From positions 1 through 64,000 of the forward strand of contig JALVYU010000011.1 in the NCBI GenBank assembly GCA_027022365.1: DNA of 64,000 nt, written 5' to 3'. Of the stretch, positions 1 through 8,770 are shown piece by piece. How positions within the stretch are numbered: the first letter of the stretch is position 1; the number at the start of each line of letters is the position of its first letter. The position numbers and the translations under genes were made by a program. A model generated the notes under the pieces. The model did not search any database. It saw only the letters and a list, made by a program, of their open reading frames with translations, and had not been told where the DNA came from. This stretch comes from Desulfurococcales archaeon. GTDB lineage: Archaea; Thermoproteota; Thermoprotei_A; Sulfolobales; Desulfurococcaceae.

Positions 1-810
1 CTGCACATCGATGATCACATTGGAGTTGTCGGGCCAGCCCGGTTCGCCGACATAGTCTTGTCTCCAAGCCTTCAACGACTAGAACCTAAAACAGTTATCA
101 GCATGGGCGAGATAATATACAGGGACGACGAGCTACTCTATGACTTCGAAAGGCCCAGAATACCCGAGTGGGCCAAGAGAACAGTCAACATACCCCGAGA
201 GATCAGACCCGAAGAACTTCTTATAAGAATTGATGGAGTCGACAAAGTCAGGGTCAATGCTATCAAGGTTACTCCGGGCTCAGCATTGACCGAGCTATCG
301 GTTGAAGAGCTCCCAGTTAAAAATGGCTATATATCGTGTGATTCCCACCGCGACATTATACATTTGGCCGTGGTCGAGAGACACAAAGGAACATGCAATA
401 TCGGAAAGGGCTTTATTAAGGGATTAGGCTTCAAAGCAGGTGCAATAGCGCAGACCATTGCCCATGACACTCACAATCTTGTAGTAGCTGGGAAATCACC
501 TGAAGACATGTCGATCGCCATAAGCAGGGTTAGGGAAATACAGGGAGGAATAGTAATAGTTGATTCAGGCAAAATTGTCGCTGAAGTAGAGTTACCGGTT
601 GCGGGGCTCATGAGCGATGAAGACCCATACACCGTATACAGAAAGTTCAAGAACCTGACAAGAAAGGTATCAAGCTATGGTGTTGAGTTCGAAGCCTTCT
701 TTATGACGCTAGCGCTTGTTGCCCTGCCAGTTATACCGGAAGTGAGGCTGACAGATAGGGGGCTCGTTGATGTAAATAGTGCGAGGATAATTGATGTAAT
801 AGTAAAATGA
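1..810 (+). CDS. ade: Adenine deaminase, C-terminal part (5'-truncated by window edge)
   Basis: The frame is open from base 1 (LHIDDHIGVVGPARFADIVL, an amidohydrolase motif). VVERHK, TIAHDTHNL, LPVAGLMS and ALPVIPEVRLTDRGLVDV match the adenine deaminase C-terminal domain. Confidence 0.9.
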   Translation: MHIDDHIGVVGPARFADIVLSPSLQRLEPKTVISMGEIIYRDDELLYDFERPRIPEWAKRTVNIPREIRPEELLIRIDGVDKVRVNAIKVTPGSALTELSVEELPVKNGYISCDSHRDIIHLAVVERHKGTCNIGKGFIKGLGFKAGAIAQTIAHDTHNLVVAGKSPEDMSIAISRVREIQGGIVIVDSGKIVAEVELPVAGLMSDEDPYTVYRKFKNLTRKVSSYGVEFEAFFMTLALVALPVIPEVRLTDRGLVDVNSARIIDVIVK

Positions 811-816
811 CATGGT

Positions 817-1371
817 TTATTTTTCTCCTTCTTCCTCCTTCTTTTCAAGCGGGAGAATCCTAGCCTTATTAGAGACTATAGTTGATGCGCCCTCAGGATC
901 TATTAGAATAAATGTAAAAGGTATCTCGCCATTACGTGCTTTCTCAATCATTTTCTTCTTCTCAGCACATGTTTCGGGCGGTGCCTCGCCTTCTTCACAC
1001 AAGAACTCTATTTTGTCGAGAACATCGAGTAAGACGCCCTCAATAGTCGTTATATACCCGAGCGACGCCGGACCCGGAGTGATCTCAACCCCGAGCTCAG
1101 GTATTACAATAGATGCCGTTGAAGAGCGTACAACGAGCGAGTTAACATCATTAGGGTCTCTGACTTCTACGACGATTTTTCTCGGGCCCTTAATCTCTGC
1201 TAACCGTACATCGTTCCACCGGTATCCACAATTCCCGCATTTTCCCGACGATATTATTATTTTCCCGATGAGAGGCATATCATATAAGAACTCCTCAACC
1301 TTAAAGTTACGCCCACATATCGGGCACTCAACAGTATACTCGAGTATCTTCCTAGGTTTCTTTTCAGACAT
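817..1371 (-). CDS. ZPR1-family C4 zinc-finger protein
   Basis: CPICG...CGNCGY zinc finger; IPELGVEITPGP, ITTIEGVL and FILIDPEG are ZPR1 motifs. Confidence 0.9.
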   Translation of the reverse strand: MSEKKPRKILEYTVECPICGRNFKVEEFLYDMPLIGKIIISSGKCGNCGYRWNDVRLAEIKGPRKIVVEVRDPNDVNSLVVRSSTASIVIPELGVEITPGPASLGYITTIEGVLLDVLDKIEFLCEEGEAPPETCAEKKKMIEKARNGEIPFTFILIDPEGASTIVSNKARILPLEKKEEEGEK

Positions 1372-1382
1372 TCCTCCAACAC

Positions 1383-2282
1383 CTACATTGACTTTTTAGC
1401 TGGATGATACCTTATTAGGTGTGTACCATCACAGCTCGGCGCCCTGAAGAATTGCGGCCCTAGCCCCTCCCTGCACGTTGCCACAGTTAGTCCCAGGGAG
1501 ACCGATGCATCAATAATTGGTCTAAGAAGATGTTCACGTTGTTTTTTCCTAAGATACCTGTACCCATGGAGCCGTACACCTTCCTCTATGTAGAGTCGCC
1601 GCCAGTACTTGGAATACTCTGGAAATGAGTTCATCATCCTGGAAAGGTTATCGGGTCTTGCCTTATAGGTGGAGGCGACAATATGTTTTCCGCCGTTCTC
1701 CTTGATCCTGTGCACGAGCTCTTCAAGCATTCTAGGATCGTCATTAATGCCGGGTATCACAGGATCTATTCTCGCCCCGACAGGAATCCCGGCTTTACTG
1801 AGGGTTTTGATAGCCCGTAGTCTGCTTTGAGGGGGAGGGGCTCCGGGTTCGAGTTTTTTCGCCAATGAGGGATCCAGCGTGGTAATAGTGATCATTACGG
1901 CCGACGGGGTCTTTAGTAATAGATCGGCATCCCTTATGACGATGTCCGACTTAGTTGTGATCAATATTTTCAGAGCCCTACTCGATAGTAGTTCAAGAGC
2001 CTTCCTGGTTATCAACATCCATTTCTCGATGGGTGGATACGGGTCACTGCTCGTGCTCAGCTCGATGAAAAGCCTAGGATCGATGTGTCCAAGATCTCTC
2101 GATAATCTTCTGAGGAACCGCCTTTTCGGCTGGCTCGGCCTTCGCCCAATATAGGAGGTTGCATAGCAGTATAGGCAGAAATGACTACATCCTGTATATG
2201 GGTGTAGGCTGTATTTTCTAGGACAAGTACATAGCGGGCTTCGCCACGGATCGAAAACACGTACTACCTGCAGACGCACCAA
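1383..2282 (-). CDS. Radical SAM protein, SPL-like family
   Basis: PYTGCSHFCLYCYA (CxxxCxxC), STSSDPYPPIE, ITTKS, LEPGAPPP, RIDPVIPGIND. Confidence 0.85.
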   Translation of the reverse strand: MVRLQVVRVFDPWRSPLCTCPRKYSLHPYTGCSHFCLYCYATSYIGRRPSQPKRRFLRRLSRDLGHIDPRLFIELSTSSDPYPPIEKWMLITRKALELLSSRALKILITTKSDIVIRDADLLLKTPSAVMITITTLDPSLAKKLEPGAPPPQSRLRAIKTLSKAGIPVGARIDPVIPGINDDPRMLEELVHRIKENGGKHIVASTYKARPDNLSRMMNSFPEYSKYWRRLYIEEGVRLHGYRYLRKKQREHLLRPIIDASVSLGLTVATCREGLGPQFFRAPSCDGTHLIRYHPAKKSM

Positions 2283-2304
2283 TATATCGCACCAGAGGAT
2301 AAGC

Positions 2305-2381
2305 GGGTGTACCCCGCCCGACCGACCCCCCTCATATCCATACCCCGTAACGGGGTCTCAGGGAGTGTGAGGAGGCGGGGC
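2305..2381 (-). ncRNA. H/ACA pseudouridylation guide sRNA (single hairpin with K-turn)
   Basis: Minus strand: lower stem GCCCCGCC/GGCGGGGU, pocket strands UCCUCAC and CGGUCG, upper stem ACUCCC/GGGGGU, UGA/UGA K-turn and apical stem ACCCCG/CGGGGU. The ACA lies 14 nt from the top of the pocket. It forms a GC-rich island in an AT-rich intergenic region. Confidence 0.75.
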
Positions 2382-2471
2382 ATTGTTAGAATATATTATT
2401 TATGTAGGGGTTAAAGTTTACCGCTCAGCCATACTCTATAAGGTTTTTATTTTGATCTCTAATGAGAATTC

Positions 2472-3092
2472 ATGGTGATACAGGGGTTGGTTACCGGGAT
2501 TGTAGGAATCGCTATGACCGAGATAGCCGAGTTCGTTACCCGTGCAATTGATTCTATAAAAGACCACGAAGTAGAAAAGATGATTAATACACTTATAGAT
2601 GCCTATAGTGGCCACAAGATCCTCGTCATGGGCGCTGGCCGTAGCGGCTTAGTTGGTAAAGCATTTGCAATGAGATTACTGCATCTCGGTTTCCAAGTCT
2701 ATGTGCTGGGTGAAACAATTGTTCCAAGGATCAGTAAGGGCGACGTTGTCATAGCGATCTCAGGCTCCGGGCGCACCAAACTCATAGTAACAGCGGCCGA
2801 GGCAGCCAAACAGGTTGGAGCAAAAATCATAGCTATCACGAGCTACCCTAACAGTCCTCTTGGAAGACTTGCCGATGTGGTGGTCGTCGTTCCGGGTAGG
2901 ACAAAGATTGCGGCTGAAGAAGACTACTTTACAAGACAGATACTAGGCATACACGAGCCCCTAGCTCCGCTCGGAACCTTGTTCGAGGACACCGCAATGA
3001 TCTTTCTCGACGGAGTAGTGGTTGGGCTCATGAAGAAACTCGGCAAGACAGAAGAAGATCTAAGGAATGCTCATGCAAATATAGAGTTCTAA
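2472..3092 (+). CDS. hxlB: 6-phospho-3-hexuloisomerase (SIS domain)
   Basis: [35 protein letters not shown] and the C-terminal HANIE. Confidence 0.93.
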   Translation: MVIQGLVTGIVGIAMTEIAEFVTRAIDSIKDHEVEKMINTLIDAYSGHKILVMGAGRSGLVGKAFAMRLLHLGFQVYVLGETIVPRISKGDVVIAISGSGRTKLIVTAAEAAKQVGAKIIAITSYPNSPLGRLADVVVVVPGRTKIAAEEDYFTRQILGIHEPLAPLGTLFEDTAMIFLDGVVVGLMKKLGKTEEDLRNAHANIEF

Positions 3093-3158
3093 TTTAGCAG
3101 CTTATAGGCGTGACGAAGTCATCTTAATAAGCGGTTTAGATAGTTTCTTTTCTACAAG

Positions 3159-3902
3159 GTGATACCATTGATAGAGAATAAGAGATCAATTGATGCTGGC
3201 TATGCGTTGTTGTTAGGGATATTTATTGCCAGCCTTGTATCGGCTAACTACTTAGCAGCCAAAATAGCGGTGCTCGGCACCATAGCTCCCAATATCACGC
3301 TCCTCGTTCCCGCGGGAGTAGTCGCTTACGCTGTCACGTTCACTGCAACTGACATCATCGGCGAAGTCTATGGGAAGAAGGCTGCATCGATGGCTGTAAT
3401 GATAGGATTATTCATACAGTTTCTCATAATGTTCTATTCATTAATAGCTCTACTAATGCCGATAGCTCCTTTCCAGGAAAACTATAACGTGTTCTTTAAC
3501 AAGGTTTATGGTGTAACTCCAAACATAGCGTTAGCAAGCGTACTCGCATATCTAGTAAGCCAAAACCATGATGTCTGGGCATTTCATTTCTGGAAAAGAC
3601 TGACCCGCGGTAAATGGTTGTGGCTGAGAAATAATGCTAGCACTATAGTGAGCCAGTTGATCGACACGACAATATTCATAACGCTAGCCTTTGGTGTCTT
3701 CCCCATATTTCTTGGAGGAGTCTCCATTCCGTGGAGCCTACTACCATTCACGATCTTAGGTCAATACATCGTCAAAGTGATGATAGCATTATTCGATACA
3801 CCATTCGTATATGCTGGCGTCTACCTGCTTAAACGCCTAGGCCTACACAATATAAGCATGAGCGAAGTGGTTCCAAGTGCAAGGACTGTTCAGACTAAAT
3901 GA
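3159..3902 (+). CDS. preQ0/preQ1 (7-deazaguanine) precursor transporter, YhhQ/VUT family
   Basis: Multi-pass membrane protein with TDIIGEVYG, ASVLAYLVSQNHDV, WLRNNASTIVSQLIDT and DTPFVY motifs. Confidence 0.88.
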   Translation: MIPLIENKRSIDAGYALLLGIFIASLVSANYLAAKIAVLGTIAPNITLLVPAGVVAYAVTFTATDIIGEVYGKKAASMAVMIGLFIQFLIMFYSLIALLMPIAPFQENYNVFFNKVYGVTPNIALASVLAYLVSQNHDVWAFHFWKRLTRGKWLWLRNNASTIVSQLIDTTIFITLAFGVFPIFLGGVSIPWSLLPFTILGQYIVKVMIALFDTPFVYAGVYLLKRLGLHNISMSEVVPSARTVQTK

Positions 3903-4611
3903 CAAGTTGGGTAGAAGACTTGTACTCATACTGAAAAACTATCCATGCTCGTGGGGAAAATGTAATTTTTGCCCGTTCCACCTCGAACAATCAACCAATA
4001 CTTGGGAGATAATAGTCTTCAATAGAAGAATAGTGAGAGAGGCTATCCGGGTGGCTAGTAGGGAGAACTATGAACGCGTCGCTGTTTTTAATGGTGGAAG
4101 CTTCAGCGAACTACCATACGATACCGTGAACGAGCTGGTGCCACTAGCCAAGAACAGAATATTCGAGATAGAATCACGCAGTAATTTCATCACCTATGAT
4201 TTTGTCAATAATTTGCTCAGACTATTGGCTCCGAGAAAACTAGTTATAAGAATAGGGTTCGAGGTCGCCGATGAAGAAATACGTGAGAAGCTCCTCAGAA
4301 AAGGCATGCCGGATTCGGAGATCAAGAGGATTCTATGGATAAGACAGCGTCTAAGAGGAGAAGGACTACCAGTCGAGTTCTGGGTCTATGTCTTGTTTGG
4401 AATAGAATATATACCCGAAGAAAAAGTTGTTGAGTCAGTGAAGTTCTTCAAGAAACGCTTTGACGGAGTAATAGCTATCAAGTATAAGAAGTATTTACCA
4501 GAACACCCAGAAGAAAAACCAGTATCGGAAAAACTAGCTCGTTTCTTAGAGAAAGAAGCGGACCTGGTTGATTGGGGTGGTGAGGAATGGGAGATCGGAG
4601 GAAAGAACTAA
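3877..4611 (+). CDS. Short radical SAM protein resembling RaSEA (archaeosine biosynthesis)
   Basis: CSWGKCNFC (Cx4Cx2C), FNGGSF, EIESR and IGFEVADEEIREKLLRKG; overlaps both neighbouring genes. Confidence 0.7.
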   Translation: MQGLFRLNDKLGRRLVLILKNYPCSWGKCNFCPFHLEQSTNTWEIIVFNRRIVREAIRVASRENYERVAVFNGGSFSELPYDTVNELVPLAKNRIFEIESRSNFITYDFVNNLLRLLAPRKLVIRIGFEVADEEIREKLLRKGMPDSEIKRILWIRQRLRGEGLPVEFWVYVLFGIEYIPEEKVVESVKFFKKRFDGVIAIKYKKYLPEHPEEKPVSEKLARFLEKEADLVDWGGEEWEIGGKN

Positions 4612-5285
4612 AAGATCTCGAGGTTATATGGGACGGCAATAACCTGGACTGGGTCAAGCCCAGAGAATGTAGGGAGTATCTCAGAGGAGTGGGGCTCAAA
4701 TACCTTCTAAACGAGTACTTCGAGGAAGGCTTCAAGAAATTACTCAGAGAATACAGGCCGCGGAAACACTATCCTGTAGGTCTCATAATGCCGTGTAGCT
4801 ATGGGAAACCATACAGTAACAGCTACATACACTACATTATTAGGAAGAGCATAGCGGATCTCATAAGACAGGGCAAAATACACGAGATAATCGTTACAAA
4901 TGCTGGCGTTATCCCTAGAGAACTCGATGAGTACTGGCCCTACGTGGCCTACGACTGGAACCCCGTCTATGAGACTCCCGAGATAAAAGAATGGTACACG
5001 AGGGTATTAGAGAAAAGGCTCAAGAAGTATATAAGTACATTCCGTAGCTACTACGATAGATTCGCAGCGTATCTACGCTGGAACAGTGATAGCTGGAAAG
5101 CAGTGGAGAAAGTATCGCAGGAGCTGGGAATAGATATCCCTAATCTCGTGCCTAAAACAGTGTCACGCGAGGAAATAATCGAGGCATCCCTGAACGGCTT
5201 GTATGAGGATGAAGACATAGTATTGATTACAGAAGTGTCTCTGAAGAGTTTAAGGGAAAAACTCGTTAAGCTCCTTGGCGAGTAA
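4587..5285 (+). CDS. Stand-alone ArcS-like (DUF5591-type) domain protein
   Basis: PCSYGKPYSNSYIH matches the ArcS PCx3KPYx2Sx2H signature; also GVIPRELD and AYDW. Confidence 0.75.
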   Translation: MGDRRKELKDLEVIWDGNNLDWVKPRECREYLRGVGLKYLLNEYFEEGFKKLLREYRPRKHYPVGLIMPCSYGKPYSNSYIHYIIRKSIADLIRQGKIHEIIVTNAGVIPRELDEYWPYVAYDWNPVYETPEIKEWYTRVLEKRLKKYISTFRSYYDRFAAYLRWNSDSWKAVEKVSQELGIDIPNLVPKTVSREEIIEASLNGLYEDEDIVLITEVSLKSLREKLVKLLGE

Positions 5286-5298
5286 TAGCCCTTTTTGT

Positions 5299-6426
5299 CT
5301 AGGAGAGCACTTCTTCTATGAATCTTCCATTCTCATAGATTAGGTCTCCATCTGCGTAGACCCTGTGTTTCTTCATGTCCTTAATCATATCCCAGTGTAT
5401 AGCGCTAACATTCTTGCCTCCGCACTCGGGATAAGCTGCACCAAGTGCCATGTGGATAGTGCCGCCTATCTTCTCGTCAAACAATATTTCTTTCGTGAAC
5501 CTTGTTATGTTATAGTTGAGTCCAAAAGCTATTTCCCCGAGTCTTTTTGCGCCGTCATCGGTCTCAAGCATCTTCTTAAGGAACTCCTCGCCTCTTCTTG
5601 CCTTTGCTTCGACAACAACTCCTCTTTTGAATACTAGCTTTACACCTTCTACCTCCACACCTCTCCATATGGCTGGATAATCGAACTCCACCCATCCGTC
5701 GACGCTGTCCTCTATGGGTGCTGAGAACACTTCTCCTCCAGGCATGTTGTAGTGTCCATCGTCATTGATCCATTTGCGTCCATCAACTCGTAGGGTTAGC
5801 TCGATTCCGGGGCCAACATATTTTAGCTCGCTAACCTTGTTTAGGAAATTGGCGATTTTCTCCTGCTTCTTACCTATCTCGATCCATGCCTTAACAGGGT
5901 CGGGTGAATCACTATAGGTTGCGTGGAACACGAAGTCCTGGTAGTCCAGTATACTCATGCCTGCTTCCTGCGCTAATGCTCTTGTCGGGAAGGGTGCTAC
6001 AACCCATTTTAGCTCCCCCTTCGCGCTCCTCTGCATAAAGATCATGTTTAGCTCTCTCCTCGCCTGGCTCCTCTTCTTGAGTTTCTCAGGATTAATTCCC
6101 ATCAGGGGCTTCGTGTGGCTCGGGCTCAAGATGTTTATGAAGGCGTTGACTTTCTCTACAATCTCCTTTTCGATTAGACTCACATGGGACAGTACATCAT
6201 CGGTTGCGTACTTGTAGAAAACCTCACTGATTGATTCATCTCCTAGATTTATCATGAGCGGGTAGGCGCCTTTCTGGACGGTATATTTCACTATTTCTCT
6301 AACTAGTGGTAGCGCCTCTACGCCTCCGGAAATAACGACTTCTTCTCCTTTCCCAAGATAGACACAATACTCTGTTATTAGTCTGGCTAAATTACTGATC
6401 CTTGGATCAACCATGTTGTTCACCAT
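5299..6426 (-). CDS. Aminopeptidase, M29 (thermophilic metalloprotease/AmpS family)
   Basis: NMPGGEVF, RLGEIAFG, LFDEKIGGTIHMALG and SAIHWDM. Confidence 0.93.
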   Translation of the reverse strand: MVNNMVDPRISNLARLITEYCVYLGKGEEVVISGGVEALPLVREIVKYTVQKGAYPLMINLGDESISEVFYKYATDDVLSHVSLIEKEIVEKVNAFINILSPSHTKPLMGINPEKLKKRSQARRELNMIFMQRSAKGELKWVVAPFPTRALAQEAGMSILDYQDFVFHATYSDSPDPVKAWIEIGKKQEKIANFLNKVSELKYVGPGIELTLRVDGRKWINDDGHYNMPGGEVFSAPIEDSVDGWVEFDYPAIWRGVEVEGVKLVFKRGVVVEAKARRGEEFLKKMLETDDGAKRLGEIAFGLNYNITRFTKEILFDEKIGGTIHMALGAAYPECGGKNVSAIHWDMIKDMKKHRVYADGDLIYENGRFIEEVLS

Positions 6427-6551
6427 ATAAATTGAATATGGGGATAAGGGTATATTATTTTCCCAGAGTAATTGGTTTGAACAAATCCGTTAAGAAGTTG
6501 ATATCACTATATCGGGATAACTGATTAGGCCTTGCTCATGGTGATAAGATT

Positions 6552-8624
6552 TTGAGTCTACAGGGCAGACGTGTAAATTGGTTGGCATATTTTTCGCTTT
6601 ACAACATAGAGTTAGAGATCCTAATCAATGCTTTTGCCACTATCTATAATGAGATGAGGGCCTGTACGATCAAAGATTTAACAACCCCTCATGTATTTGA
6701 AAAGCTCAATCCAAGCCTAGTCGATAAACTGGTGGGAAAGGGTGTTCTGAAAAAGTTTAGAAAAAGCGGGAACACATACTATACCCTAACTAGCAGGGGT
6801 CTAAAGGCATTCTTTATCACCGTATCACCGATCGTTAGAGTGATAAATAATAATGAGGGTAAAACGCTCCAAGAGATCGCTGGGGAAGTGTCTAAGCACG
6901 TGTTATTCGGCGGTATACATAGAGTCTACAAAACCCATCAGGGACTAGTGAAACGTATCCTAAACATATTGGTCACAGTAAATTTGCTCCATTTCCGAGA
7001 CGGCCTATACTACCCTGTGTCGGAAGAAGAAAGAGCCAAAGCCGTTGCAGAGATGCTGAGTAGGATAAGCGGTGTTGCAACTCTGAGGAGAATAGAGGAT
7101 ATTGTACGCACAATAGTGCAGTCTATAGGAATAGATCAGTCAAGGATAGACGAGATTATCGCAAACATTGTTAGTCACGGTATAGTGATAGGAGACCGTG
7201 ATCCCAGGAGAGCATTGCTGGAACTCCTCCTAAAAGTCAGGAATCTAGCGGCTGATAAGCTGAGGAATGGTAGAGTATTAGAGGCAGCGGCGTATGAGGC
7301 TGCAGGCCTCGAAATAATAAGGAGTCTTGAGAGGCTTGGTGTCGAGAATAAGGAATTAAGAGAAAATAAGTCCAAGTTCTTATTCCACTTCTACGAGGCG
7401 CTCGGCGATTACTTCTACCAGAACCTAGCATTTGATGCCGCTAGGACAATATATCACTGGGCAGTATTGGCAGCACAAGATACACCGGCACTTGCTAGGG
7501 ATGCGCATCGTGCCAACGCTAAGTATCTCCTTAGCCACGCACGGAGCTTGGCCTCCAAGGGAAGATATGAAGAAGCTCTTGCGAGGCTGGATGAGCTGAT
7601 AGGATATTATAAGTCGACGGGAGCACTTAGGGAGGCACATATAGCTGAGGCGTTAAGAAAGGAGTACATGGCGGAAATAGAGATCAAGCGTAACAAGCCC
7701 TGTCATGCTAGTAGGTCTTGGCTTGAAGCAGCCTCGATATTCGATAATCTGGGAGGCGAATATAAGAGTAAAGCCCAGGCACTAAGGGTTAAGTCCCTGA
7801 TAAGCAGGGCCGAATGCATAATGTTCAATGAGAGAAAGATAGAGGAAGCCGTAAAACTCCTCGAGCAAGCAAGTAGGGATGCCGATGAAATACTTAGCCC
7901 GCACCTAAAGAATGTCGCAAAAAGCATGCTCCATGAGGCAAAGGCCTCGTTGGCCGTGTCAAAAGGGGACCTGTTGCTGGCCAGTAAGGAGTATGCAGAA
8001 GCTGCTAGGTACTATGATCTACGAGAATACACTCCGCGCGCCCTCCTTAATTATGCGAGGAGCTACAAGTTCAGAGCCTATCACAAGATTACGAATGGAA
8101 TGATCGATGAACCCTTATCTGATCTAGGTAAATCTGTTGAGAAATATCTTGAACTCATAAGGTTGCTAAACGAGAGACTAAGATCTGGTAGATCAGTTGA
8201 TTATTACCTGCTCAAGGAAGGGATAAAAGGATATCTGGACTCGGTAGCCCTGATAAGCATCATCCAGGCTCTAAAACTAATGGCCAGCTCACCCATACCT
8301 AATAAGTATATACTATCGATGATCAGCGAGAAACTCTACACGACTCTATCATCTCTTGTTGATGCGGGGAGGTGGACAGAGTATGGATTCGTCCTTGAAG
8401 CATATAGGCTGGTCAAGGAATTCCATAGATCAAATAATGTGGATGAGCTGGTCAATATTCTCGGAGAACTTGCACTCATACTCGACACTCTCAGTATAAA
8501 AGCACGTGAGCTAGAATCGCCTAGAGCCCGTGTCATAATGTACTCTCTCCTGAGGCTATTAGCTAATATGAAGTCTAGTCTGGAAGTGATAACAAGATAT
8601 GTTGAGGAATTAGGGAGCAAATAA
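6552..8624 (+). CDS. Hypothetical protein: N-terminal winged-helix-like region plus TPR/SNAP-like helical repeats
   Basis: 690-aa ORF; LVGKGVLKK...YYTLTSRG resembles a wHTH wing; Ala/Tyr-rich helical repeats (EAASIFDNLG, EYAEAARYY). Confidence 0.6.
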   Translation: MSLQGRRVNWLAYFSLYNIELEILINAFATIYNEMRACTIKDLTTPHVFEKLNPSLVDKLVGKGVLKKFRKSGNTYYTLTSRGLKAFFITVSPIVRVINNNEGKTLQEIAGEVSKHVLFGGIHRVYKTHQGLVKRILNILVTVNLLHFRDGLYYPVSEEERAKAVAEMLSRISGVATLRRIEDIVRTIVQSIGIDQSRIDEIIANIVSHGIVIGDRDPRRALLELLLKVRNLAADKLRNGRVLEAAAYEAAGLEIIRSLERLGVENKELRENKSKFLFHFYEALGDYFYQNLAFDAARTIYHWAVLAAQDTPALARDAHRANAKYLLSHARSLASKGRYEEALARLDELIGYYKSTGALREAHIAEALRKEYMAEIEIKRNKPCHASRSWLEAASIFDNLGGEYKSKAQALRVKSLISRAECIMFNERKIEEAVKLLEQASRDADEILSPHLKNVAKSMLHEAKASLAVSKGDLLLASKEYAEAARYYDLREYTPRALLNYARSYKFRAYHKITNGMIDEPLSDLGKSVEKYLELIRLLNERLRSGRSVDYYLLKEGIKGYLDSVALISIIQALKLMASSPIPNKYILSMISEKLYTTLSSLVDAGRWTEYGFVLEAYRLVKEFHRSNNVDELVNILGELALILDTLSIKARELESPRARVIMYSLLRLLANMKSSLEVITRYVEELGSK

Positions 8625-8628
8625 GCGG

Positions 8629-8710
8629 GGGTGTCCGCCCCGGAGCGCTAGCTCCTTCATCCACTCCCCGGGGACACGGGGTTGTCGGAGCCCGATCCTA
8701 CGGGGCGGCG
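8629..8710 (-). ncRNA. H/ACA guide sRNA (K-turn hairpin)
   Basis: Minus strand: perfect stem CCGCCCCG/CGGGGCGG directly followed by ACA, pocket UAGGAUCG / AGCGCUC, upper stem GGCUCC/GGAGCU, GA...GAUGA K-turn and apical stem CCCCG/CGGGG. Pocket-to-ACA distance is 15 nt. Confidence 0.72.
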
Positions 8711-8770
8711 GAGGTAAAGCAATAATATCACTAAAATGTTATTGTGTCTACATGATATTTATTTAGCTGT

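Noticed and set aside
3108-3117. GCGTGACGAA, also found at 31131-31140, upstream of the preQ0 transporter and ssnA-like genes
   Set aside because: Only two copies, in different orientation and position relative to the genes; compatible with chance
2300-8720. GC-rich intergenic hairpins at about 2.3 kb and 8.6 kb considered as tRNAs, MITEs or CRISPR repeats
   Set aside because: No cloverleaf or T-loop, no terminal inverted repeats with target duplications, and no repeat-spacer periodicity; H/ACA architecture explains them better
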